Shown: piece after piece, positions 1 through 9,363 of the stretch
How positions within the stretch are numbered: position 1 is the first letter of the stretch
Layout of the letters: the number at the start of each line of letters is the position of its first letter
Source of the DNA: Pirellulales bacterium
GTDB lineage: Bacteria > Planctomycetota > Planctomycetia > Pirellulales > JALHPA01
Reading direction: 5' to 3'
NCBI GenBank assembly: GCA_033762255.1
Contig: JANRLT010000072.1
Span: 31,156 to 95,155 of the forward strand
Length of the DNA stretch: 64,000 nucleotides
Program-made: the position numbers and the translations under genes
Notes under the pieces: generated by a model
The model's database searches: none
What the model saw: only the letters and a program-made list of their open reading frames with translations
Told to the model about the DNA's origin: nothing

Positions 1-40
1 ATAGTGGTTTTGACAAAATAATCCGTCCGCCGCGCGCATC

Positions 41-76
41 AAAAAGCCCCCCGCCGAAAAAGGTCCGGCGGGGGGC
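41..76 (-). terminator. Rho-independent terminator downstream of rpsA
   Basis: Perfect 11-bp GC stem (46-56 gccccccgccg / 66-76 cggcggggggc) with a 9-nt loop. On the minus strand it is followed by a U5 run (plus 41-45 aaaaa). It lies 49 nt after the rpsA stop. Confidence 0.6.
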
Positions 77-124
77 GGTAAAATTTTTGTTGTATTTGCC
101 ACTAAAGCAAATGGCAGCCAAATG

Positions 125-1924
<1,800 letters not shown>

Positions 1925-2231
1925 GAAAAAAATGACCTGTGAAAAAGAAGCCGGACGGGACCATCCCGCCACTGGCTCAAAGAAAAAAACAACCATCCAA
2001 CCGCACGCCATAAGTTGGCCTGCTATCAAATTGAACAGAGACCCATAAGTTTAACACCTTTACCGGCCCCTCACAATCACAAACAAGCCCGTAAATCCCG
2101 GTTCAGGCCCTATTTTTCCGGCGTTTTGGGCTCGCCACCCGCCGACTGGCAATTCCGCCCCTCTCCATGGGCAAAAAGGCTTTCCCACTCCGCCACTTGA
2201 CTTTCTTTAACATTTTCCCAACAGTGGGTAC

Positions 2232-3212
2232 GTGTTTTCCACCTATTTAACCAACGCGATCCGCCAAAAAGGAAACCCCGTCGTGGTCGGCCTCGACCCA
2301 CGCTGGGATTCCCTCCCTTCCCAGCTACGCGGCTCCGTTCAGTCCGGTGATTTGCAGGGGATGGCCGCGGCCTACGAACAGTTCTGCTTGGGCGTGTTGG
2401 ATGTGGTCGCGCCGCTGGTCCCCGTGGTCAAACCCCAAGCGGCATTCTTTGAGGAATTAGGCCCCGCGGGAATGGTAGCCCTGGGCAATGTCATCACGGC
2501 GGCGCGGGGACGCAAACTCATCGTGATTTTGGATGGAAAACGCAACGATATTGGCACCACCGCCGCCGCCTATGCCGCGGCTTATTTGCGTCCCTCGTAT
2601 CTTTCCACGATAAATCCGCAGTCCGCAGATACCGGGCAAAAAGACCTTCAGCGCGCGCCGCAGCATTACCCCTGGGATGCCCACGCGCTCACCGTTAGCC
2701 CTTACCTGGGGGAAGATAGTTTGACTCCTTTTTTAGACGTGGCTATCCAAAATGATTGTGGAATTTTCGTGCTGGTAAAGACTAGCAACCCCGGCGGAGG
2801 CATGTTTCAGGACCTGGTAGCCAACGGTAAAAAAATATACGAGCATGTCGCCGCCTGGGTGGAGAAACAATCCGCCAAAACCGCTGACGCCACAGGATAT
2901 GGATGTTGCGGAGCGGTCGTCGGGGCAACCTACCCCGAACAACTTGCCGAACTGCGGGCATTGATGCCACACACCTGGATCTTGATTCCCGGTTATGGAG
3001 CCCAAGGGGGCACCGCCGCCGCCGTGACCAGCGGTTTTGACGAGCAGGGTTTGGGGGCGGTGGTAAATAACTCGCGGGGGATTATTTTTGCCTACAAGAA
3101 TGCCCCTTATGCCGAAAAATACGGCGAGGCGCGCTGGCAAACCGCGGTGGAAGCGGCCACTCTCGAGATGATCGAACAACTTCGGGCGGAAACCCCCGTG
3201 GGACGGCTGTGA
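2232..3212 (+). CDS. pyrF: Orotidine-5'-phosphate decarboxylase, long (type 2) form
   Basis: VVVGLDPR, VKPQAAFFE, ILDGKRNDIGTT (catalytic Lys/Asp block) and IPGYGAQGG motifs. 326 aa, GTG start. Confidence 0.85.
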   Translation: MFSTYLTNAIRQKGNPVVVGLDPRWDSLPSQLRGSVQSGDLQGMAAAYEQFCLGVLDVVAPLVPVVKPQAAFFEELGPAGMVALGNVITAARGRKLIVILDGKRNDIGTTAAAYAAAYLRPSYLSTINPQSADTGQKDLQRAPQHYPWDAHALTVSPYLGEDSLTPFLDVAIQNDCGIFVLVKTSNPGGGMFQDLVANGKKIYEHVAAWVEKQSAKTADATGYGCCGAVVGATYPEQLAELRALMPHTWILIPGYGAQGGTAAAVTSGFDEQGLGAVVNNSRGIIFAYKNAPYAEKYGEARWQTAVEAATLEMIEQLRAETPVGRL

Positions 3213-3250
3213 TCCGCGCTCAATATAAAACAATGCCGACAGAAAGAGTG

Positions 3251-3352
3251 GCAAAAACCGTGGGTTAAAGCCCAGCGGCTGATCTGCCTAATTCAAAGCT
3301 TTAACTGTGAAATCGGCCAAGGCTGGGATAGGCCGGGCCTGTGTCCCGCATG
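3251..3352 (+). repeat. Interspersed repeat family B, copy 1
   Basis: gcaaaaaccgtgggttaaagcccagcggctgatc ... tttaactgtga ... ggctgggataggccgggcctgtgtcccgca. Blockwise similar to 57401-57536 and partly to 33031-33085. Confidence 0.7.
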
Positions 3353-3429
3353 GATCAAACGACCGGGGCATGTAATTGAATCTACCAACTCAAAGTCCTC
3401 GCGCACGCGAGAATATCAAGGTTAATCAC

Positions 3430-4413
3430 ATGCCGCCGGTCGCACCCGCCGATTTTGAACTTAACGCCAACACGGACGAGTTTGTCGATTTGCTCTTAGC
3501 CCAGCAGCGGCAGTTAAATCTGCAGGCAACGACTTGCCCCGACACCGGCGCGCGGCTGATTGACTTGGGCAATCAATGCGCCGGGGGTCTCGAAGCGGGG
3601 CGTTGCCTGGCCGAAATTTGCCTGGCCACGCTAGGAGATGTGCGGATCGTTCCAGCACGGGCGGAGTTATCATCCGGTCCCGCGGTTCAAGTTCAAACCG
3701 ACTGGCCGCTGGTCGCCTGCCTGGCCAGTCAATATGCCGGTTGGAAGCTCGCTCAGGATAAGTACTTTGCCATGGGGTCCGGTCCGTTCCGTCTGGCCGC
3801 GATAAAGGAACCGTTGTTTGCCAAATTTGGCTGGGAACGGGAGCAAGCGACCAGCGTAGTGGGCATTCTCGAAGCCCGCGGTTTTCCACCGCCCGAGTTG
3901 ATTGCCAAAATTGCCGAGGATTGCCAGGTGACGACGCCGGGCGTGACCCTGTTGGCCGCCCCCACGGCCAGTTTAGCGGGGGGGGTGCAAATCGTGGCTC
4001 GATCCGTCGAAACCGCGTTGCATAAATTACTAGAGTTGGGGTTTGACGTTAGCAAGGTTATTAGCGGTTATGGCGTGTCGCCGCTTCCTCCGCCAGGAAA
4101 AGACGATCTGGCTGCTATCGGGCGGACAAATGACGCGATCTTATACGGTGGCGAAGTTACCCTGTATGTCCGCTGCGAAGACGACCTGTTGGCGGAATAC
4201 GGTCCCCAGACCCCCAGCCAGGCGAGCGATGACTATGGCCAGCCCTTTCAAGCGATCTTTGAGCGCTATCAAGGGGACTTTTACCAAATTGATCCCCACC
4301 TGTTTAGCCCGGCGGTGGTGACATTTCATAATTTGGCCACGGGACGAACATTTCAATACGGCAAGTTGAATCCCGCGGTGTTGCAAGAATCGTTCTTTGG
4401 CGGTCCATTGTGA
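3430..4413 (+). CDS. mch: Methenyltetrahydromethanopterin cyclohydrolase
   Basis: Length of about 327 aa and blocks such as GGLEAGRCLAEICLATLG and LAAPTASLAGGVQIVARSVE resemble Mch as I recall it. Start set to the ATG at 3430; the longest ORF starts at a TTG at 3376. Confidence 0.72.
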   Translation: MPPVAPADFELNANTDEFVDLLLAQQRQLNLQATTCPDTGARLIDLGNQCAGGLEAGRCLAEICLATLGDVRIVPARAELSSGPAVQVQTDWPLVACLASQYAGWKLAQDKYFAMGSGPFRLAAIKEPLFAKFGWEREQATSVVGILEARGFPPPELIAKIAEDCQVTTPGVTLLAAPTASLAGGVQIVARSVETALHKLLELGFDVSKVISGYGVSPLPPPGKDDLAAIGRTNDAILYGGEVTLYVRCEDDLLAEYGPQTPSQASDDYGQPFQAIFERYQGDFYQIDPHLFSPAVVTFHNLATGRTFQYGKLNPAVLQESFFGGPL

Positions 4414-4613
4414 AACTATCGCGGGGTTGTGAGTCTGACGCGGTGAACGCGTCTATGGCAATCAAGCACCTTTGCGGAAGAGTCCCGCGCCCCTTGGTTA
4501 TTCATGAGGTGGAAGGAAGTGACTGGCGATCAACGTTGAATTGCGGTCGCAAGCTTACATCGCCAGCCACTCCCGACCACGGATCACCCCGTGAGCCAAC
4601 GGCAATTATCCCG

Positions 4614-4710
4614 TGGGCCAAAGGCCCAACCCATCCCAGCCTAGGGCAAGCGCAGCGTCGCCCTAGGTCAAGAGTTGAACACCATCGGTAGGGCCAACGG
4701 CCCGATTCAA
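4614..4710 (+). repeat. Interspersed structured repeat family A, copy 1
   Basis: gggccaaaggccc hairpin, then cccagcctagggcaagcgcagcgtcgccctagg (agggc/gccct stem), then gggccaacggccc hairpin followed by gattca. Same architecture as 23865-23958, and inverted at 8951-9075. Confidence 0.75.
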
Positions 4711-4783
4711 GATCTTAACCAGCTTTAGTTGTGTCGTTGTGATACGAATAGCGTGAATTTGGATGCAAAATAGTTAATAAACC

Positions 4784-5791
4784 ATGCAGATTGCCGTTTT
4801 AGCCACGCCCGACAGTTGGTACTTTCGTGATCTGCTCCGCGCGGCGGCGGAACGACACACGCTGATTCCGCTTTCATATCGGCAACTGTGCGGAGGCTGG
4901 CTGGGCGGTGTGCGGGACGCGGGTCGCGAGTTGCGGGTCGTGGGGGAAATGCGGGGTCAGGGGTTAGGGGCTAGGGGGCAGGGGGGAGTGGAGAGAGACG
5001 CGGGTCGCGGGACGGGGGACGCGGGAGGAATGCGAGAAGCGGTTAAATCTCAGATATTTTCTGGCGAAAATTCCCTGCTCGATTTTGACGCGCTTCTGGT
5101 TCGATCGATGCCCGCCGGGTCCCTCGAGCAGATTGTCCTCCGCATGGACCTCCTGGGCGAACTGGCCCGGCAGGGACGCATTATCGTCAATCCCCCCCGC
5201 GCGCTCGAAACGGCAATCGATAAATTTCTCACCTCCGCACGGCTGGCCGCGGCGGGGCTGCCCATCCCGCGCACCTGGGTCGCACAGACCGTGGCGGAGG
5301 CCCTGCGTGGTTTTGACGATTTGGGACGCGATGTCGTTCTCAAACCGCTCTTTGGGTCCGAGGGACGCGGTATCGCCCGCCTGACCGATGCGGACCTGGC
5401 GGAGCGGGCGTTTCAATTGCAATCACAACTCGGGGGCGTGTTGTATTTGCAAGAATTTTTGCCCCATCAGGGGGGCGATTATCGCATCCTCATCATCGGC
5501 CAGCGGCACTGGGCCATCCGCCGCCACAACGCGCACGATTGGCGCAGCAATATCAGTCGGGGGGGCGCTGCCGAGCCGTGCGAACTTCCCGAAGCCTGGA
5601 TCGATTTGGCATATCGGGCAGCCGCCGCCGTGGGAGCGGAAATCGCCGGCGTCGATCTGTTAACAGCGGACAATGGCCAATTGTACGTCATCGAGGTTAA
5701 CGCCGTCCCGGGCTGGCGCGGCCTGGCACAAGCATGCCATGTGGACATTGCAGGAGAAATCATCACCTATCTGGCTAGCCCGCCGCGTTAG
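4784..5791 (+). CDS. RimK-family ATP-grasp ligase, possibly H4MPT:alpha-L-glutamate ligase-like, carrying a Gly/Arg-rich insertion
   Basis: ATP-grasp blocks: DKFLTSARLAAAGLPIPRT, VVLKPLFGSEGRGI, GDYRILIIG, AGVDLL...YVIEVNAVPGW. It sits next to mch. At 335 aa it is about 40-45 aa longer than typical RimK-type proteins. Confidence 0.75.
   Translation: MQIAVLATPDSWYFRDLLRAAAERHTLIPLSYRQLCGGWLGGVRDAGRELRVVGEMRGQGLGARGQGGVERDAGRGTGDAGGMREAVKSQIFSGENSLLDFDALLVRSMPAGSLEQIVLRMDLLGELARQGRIIVNPPRALETAIDKFLTSARLAAAGLPIPRTWVAQTVAEALRGFDDLGRDVVLKPLFGSEGRGIARLTDADLAERAFQLQSQLGGVLYLQEFLPHQGGDYRILIIGQRHWAIRRHNAHDWRSNISRGGAAEPCELPEAWIDLAYRAAAAVGAEIAGVDLLTADNGQLYVIEVNAVPGWRGLAQACHVDIAGEIITYLASPPR
4953..4990 (+). 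repeat. G-quadruplex-type tract inside the ATP-grasp CDS
   Basis: ggggtcaggggttaggggctagggggcaggggggag: five G4+ runs with 2-3 nt loops. Bracketed by a perfect 13-bp direct repeat gacgcgggtcgcg (4916-4928, 4997-5009). Confidence 0.7.
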
Positions 5792-5794
5792 TCT

Positions 5795-5828
5795 GGGAAG
5801 GGGTGAGTGGATAGGGGTGAGGGGTGAG
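5795..5828 (+). repeat. G-rich (G4-type) element directly after the ATP-grasp stop
   Basis: gggaaggggtgagtggataggggtgaggggtgag begins 4 nt after the TAG at 5789-5791. A C-rich partner lies at 5862-5906. Confidence 0.65.
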
Positions 5829-5954
5829 TATTTCAGCCCGCAGCGTTAGCAAGGATATATGCCTACTCCACTACTCCACCCATCCAGCCTCCACCCCTGC
5901 CCCCGCTTTGTATACAATACAAACAACCCCATCTTCCATTATCCCGATCTCCCC

Positions 5955-6341
5955 ATGCCTGAACTTCCCCGGATGCCCGATAAGCCGCGCGTCTCGCCTT
6001 CGTCCAGCCCGCCAAAATCCGGTTGCGGCACTTCGCTGGCGTTTGTCATGCTGGCCATGGCCAGTTGGGCGTTGTTTTTCGGCTTTTTATCGCTATTTGA
6101 CCTGCAATTGGCCATCGTCGTGTCATCGCTGTTAGTTTTTTTGGTCGGGGGAATCTTGCTCAGTTACCTGCTGTGGGGCCGAGGCCTGTACGAACGGCTC
6201 CTAGCCGAGGAAGCCGCGGAAACGGAGCGTCTGGCCCGCGAAAACCCCGCCGAACTGGCCGCCCGCGACCGGGGAACCGCCTACGACCAGGAATTTGAAG
6301 GAGAAGACGCGCCGTGGATTCGGGGGGAGGAAAGACCGTGA
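5955..6341 (+). CDS. Hypothetical small membrane protein (2 predicted TM helices, acidic C-terminus)
   Basis: ATG at 5955 (MPELPRMPDKP...). Hydrophobic stretches LAFVMLAMASWALFFGFLSLF and AIVVSSLLVFLVGGILLSYLLW. No family recognised. Confidence 0.4.
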   Translation: MPELPRMPDKPRVSPSSSPPKSGCGTSLAFVMLAMASWALFFGFLSLFDLQLAIVVSSLLVFLVGGILLSYLLWGRGLYERLLAEEAAETERLARENPAELAARDRGTAYDQEFEGEDAPWIRGEERP

Positions 6342-6343
6342 GT

Positions 6344-6392
6344 GGAATGAAGAATTATGAATGAAGAATGATGAATTGAATCCAAATTCTTG
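6344..6392 (+). repeat. AT-rich AAGAAT-type repeat (same family as the MITE-like element)
   Basis: ggaatgaagaattatgaatgaagaatgatgaattgaatccaaattcttgg, between convergent genes. Matches the left TIR type of 18184-18325. Confidence 0.55.
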
Positions 6393-6409
6393 GAAAACTT
6401 TAGAATGTT

Positions 6410-7549
6410 TTAAAGGGTGCTGGCTGTCGCTAGCGTGGTAATTTGCTCCCCAGCCTGCCACGTGTTCCCGTCCCGTTCTACCCGGTGATACAACGTGTCC
6501 CGCTCGATTGGTTCGTGGCCGGTCTCCTTTATCAGGCGGCGGATTTGTTCCACGCTGAGGATTTCAGGCGTGTCCGCCCCGGCGTCATGATAGATCAGCT
6601 CATGCCGCACGGTTCCGTCAATGTCATCCGCCCCATAGCTGAGGGCTAGCTGCGCCGTGGGGATCCCCAGCATGATCCAGTAAGCCTTGACATGGTCAAA
6701 GTTGTCCAGCATCAGCCGGCTGATGGCCATCGTGCGCAGGTCCATGAGCGCGGAGGGCTTTTTGATGTGGCTCAGCTTGGTATTTTCGGGGTGAAATGCC
6801 AACGGGATGAACGTTTGAAAGCCGCCCGTTTGGTCCTGCAAATCTCGCAGACGCAACAGATGATCAATCCGGTGGTAGGCGTTCTCGATGTGGCCGTATA
6901 GCATGGTCGCATTGGAACGCAGGCCCAATTCGTGGGCAGTGCGGTGAATCTCCAGCCAATTGGTGGCGTCGGATTTATGCTCGCAAATGATGTCGCGCAC
7001 TTCGGGATGAAAAATTTCCGCTCCGCCACCGGGGAGACTCCCCAGACCGGCCGCGCACAATTCCTCCAGGATTTTTCGCACGGGCCATTTTGTAAGGTGT
7101 GTAAACCAATTGATCTCGACCGCGGTCCACCCCTTGAGATGCAATGCTGGATAATTCTCATGCAGAATTTTGATGGTGTTTAAATACCAATCAAACCCCT
7201 TCATGTGATGCAGCCCGCCGACTATGTGCATCTCGGTACAACCATTTTCCACGGCCTCCCGCCCCCGGGCCAAGATTTGCTCATCGCTCATAACGTAGCC
7301 CCGTGGGTCGCGCAGGTCGGCCCGGAACGCGCAAAAGATGCAGCGGTACACGCAGACATTGGTCGCGTTTAAGTGCGTATTAATGTTGTAATACGCGGCG
7401 TTGCCGTTCTTCCGCCGGCGGACCAGATTGGCCAATTCACCCACGTCATTCAGATGCACTTCGGGCGAGTACAGATAAACCCCGTCCTCCAGGGTCAGCC
7501 GCTCGTGGGCGAGTACTTTCTTTCGAATGTCCGCAAATTTGGGGGTCAT
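6410..7549 (-). CDS. Radical SAM enzyme of the MqnE/MqnC family (futalosine menaquinone pathway; MqnE-like favoured)
   Basis: CVYRCIFCAF (CxxxCxxC radical-SAM cluster motif), LPGGGAEIF, 379 aa. Adjacent to a UbiA-type prenyltransferase. I cannot separate MqnE from MqnC by eye. Confidence 0.75.
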   Translation of the reverse strand: MTPKFADIRKKVLAHERLTLEDGVYLYSPEVHLNDVGELANLVRRRKNGNAAYYNINTHLNATNVCVYRCIFCAFRADLRDPRGYVMSDEQILARGREAVENGCTEMHIVGGLHHMKGFDWYLNTIKILHENYPALHLKGWTAVEINWFTHLTKWPVRKILEELCAAGLGSLPGGGAEIFHPEVRDIICEHKSDATNWLEIHRTAHELGLRSNATMLYGHIENAYHRIDHLLRLRDLQDQTGGFQTFIPLAFHPENTKLSHIKKPSALMDLRTMAISRLMLDNFDHVKAYWIMLGIPTAQLALSYGADDIDGTVRHELIYHDAGADTPEILSVEQIRRLIKETGHEPIERDTLYHRVERDGNTWQAGEQITTLATASTL

Positions 7550-7704
7550 GATTTAATTGTGAAAGTAAAAATGTGCCTACGGCCTGCCGGAATTAACTAG
7601 TTCAAACTTGGCTAAAATCCTTACAAAGATATTACCGCAAGCCAGCGAATTCTGTAACGGGGAGGGAATCGTATTTGTGACATAAGTCAAATCCACGGCG
7701 GGAC

Positions 7705-8700
7705 TTACCACCAAACATCGATGCTACCCAGGACCAACAGTACCAGCCCTATCACGGCATTAACAGAGAAAAACGCCTGATTGACTCGAGATAAGTCGGT
7801 CGGTCGGACCAGGGCATGTTCGTAAATCAAGAGGCCCGCGATACCCGCCACGGTCAGGCCATAAATCCAGCCAAAGGCGGGATAGACCAAGGGTAATAAC
7901 GCCAAGAGCAGCACGGTTACGGCATGGCTGAACGCCGCCAAACGCAACGCTGCCGCCACACCCAAGCGCGCGGGGAGGCTGCTTAACCCCGTCGCTCGGT
8001 CAAAGTCCGCATCTTGGCAAGCATAGATAATGTCAAACCCTCCCACCCAAGCGCAAACCGCAGCGCCTAGTAGCACTGCGGGGAGAATATCCGCTGGGTT
8101 ACTAAGCAGCACAGTCCCCCGAATGGCGATCCAGGCGCAGATGGGGGCCAGCATCAAGGCCGCCCCCAACCAATAATGGGCGAGCGCGGTGAACCGCTTG
8201 GCGTAGCTGTAACCGCACAAAAACATCAGGACGGGCAGCGACAAAGCCAAGGGGAGCCAATTTGGCAAAAATAGCAAGGTCCCCGCCACAAACCCCGCAG
8301 CTGAAAGCAGGATAAACAGAACCACGGCTGGAACGCTCAGTAGGCCCGCCGGCAGGTGCCGCCCCCGCGTGCGGGGATTGGCCGCGTCCACATCGCGATC
8401 GACCAGCCGATTAAACGCCATCGCCGCGCTGCGGGCGGTGACCATGCAGACTAGAATGCCCAGCAGTTGCCACCAGAATACGCCCTCTGGTAGCGGAACT
8501 TGCACAAAGTTCCGTTCATCTGGTAGCGGAACTTGCCCTAAGTTCCAGCTGACTTCACCAGGAGCTTTTAAGCCTAAGCTGGAATGATCCCCCCCGCCCA
8601 ATCCCCAGGCCATGACCGCCGCCAAAAGCGCGAACGGCAGGGCAAAGACCGTGTGGCTAAAGCGGATCAATTCCAAAAAATGACGCGTCTGACGCAGCAT
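7705..8700 (-). CDS. UbiA-family aromatic prenyltransferase (menaquinone/futalosine-associated type)
   Basis: NRLVDRDVDAANPRT (NxxxDxxxD) and a second Asp-rich block CQDADFD; multiple TM helices. Carries an extra loop of about 40 aa after TM1. Confidence 0.8.
   Translation of the reverse strand: MLRQTRHFLELIRFSHTVFALPFALLAAVMAWGLGGGDHSSLGLKAPGEVSWNLGQVPLPDERNFVQVPLPEGVFWWQLLGILVCMVTARSAAMAFNRLVDRDVDAANPRTRGRHLPAGLLSVPAVVLFILLSAAGFVAGTLLFLPNWLPLALSLPVLMFLCGYSYAKRFTALAHYWLGAALMLAPICAWIAIRGTVLLSNPADILPAVLLGAAVCAWVGGFDIIYACQDADFDRATGLSSLPARLGVAAALRLAAFSHAVTVLLLALLPLVYPAFGWIYGLTVAGIAGLLIYEHALVRPTDLSRVNQAFFSVNAVIGLVLLVLGSIDVWW
8486..8548. repeat. Tandem palindromic unit inside the UbiA CDS
   Basis: 18-bp perfect direct repeat tctggtagcggaacttgc at 8486-8503 and 8519-8536 (period 33 bp, 11 codons). 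Each unit holds a hairpin: cggaactt / aagttccg is a perfect 8 bp in unit 1 and 7 of 8 in unit 2. Confidence 0.8.
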
Positions 8701-8950
8701 GGGGGGGTAGGAAAATAAAAAAGCGGATATCTGAGAAACCGCTATTCTAGGTTTATGTTAACCCGTGTTGAAGTGGCCTCATCAGGTTGGGCTGAACTGC
8801 CAAGGCTGTTGCCATATTTTAGAAGATTGCCCGCGCTGTCCCACCACTCTGACGAACGCTGTTGGGACTGCGCCGAAAATCGATTGGGAGATTGCCGTAC
8901 TATTCGCGGCTGGTCCCAACCTACTGCTGGATTCTGCCAGCCAGCTATCA

Positions 8951-9075
8951 GTCGTTGAATCGGGCCTTTGGCCCTTTCATTTTTGGCATTCCGTAAACCT
9001 AGGGGGACGCTGCGCTTGCTACAATTCTAATATGCACGGCTGGAATAGGTTGGGCCGTTGGCCGACAGGATTTAA
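8951..9075 (-). repeat. Interspersed structured repeat family A, copy 3 (inverted, with an internal insertion)
   Basis: The reverse complement reads ggccaacggccc-aacctattccagcc ... gcaagcgcagcgtccccctagg ... gggccaaaggccc-gattcaa. Confidence 0.65.
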
Positions 9076-9223
9076 ATACTGTTGACCCAGAATGTATGAT
9101 TCCCCGTTGGCCTGGTAGAACTTGCTAGTCGGTGCCAACCCCCCTAACCGCGTTCATCAACGTTCTATTTCTTCTCCGTGCCGCTCATGATTTCCCTCCG
9201 TGGCTCAGTGATAAAATGCATGT

Positions 9224-9362
9224 AATCCCTGGCTGACGCGGCGGGCTGAGGTACTCACCCCTAACCGCTTTTCCCTGCCCCCTATCCCCTCGCCCCTGCC
9301 CCCTATCCCCTTGTCCCTTGCTGACGCGGCGGGCTTAGTCCCTGGCTGACGCGGCGGGCTGA
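9224..9362. repeat. Composite repeat: direct repeats flanking a C-rich (minus-strand G4-type) core
   Basis: cctggctgacgcggcgggctgag occurs near both ends, with a variant cttgctgacgcggcgggcttag near 9317-9338. The core 9254-9317 is ccc/cccc runs (G-rich in the operon mRNA sense). The last repeat abuts the DUF58 stop at 9364. Confidence 0.7.
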
Positions 9363-9363
9363 G

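Noticed and set aside
4410-4691. 93-aa ORF between mch and the ATP-grasp gene, with similar ORFs at 23697-24008 and 8765-9085
   Set aside because: Each is generated by a copy of repeat family A (the shared peptide ...KGPT..SLGQAQRRP... comes from the repeat). They are better explained as non-coding repeats.
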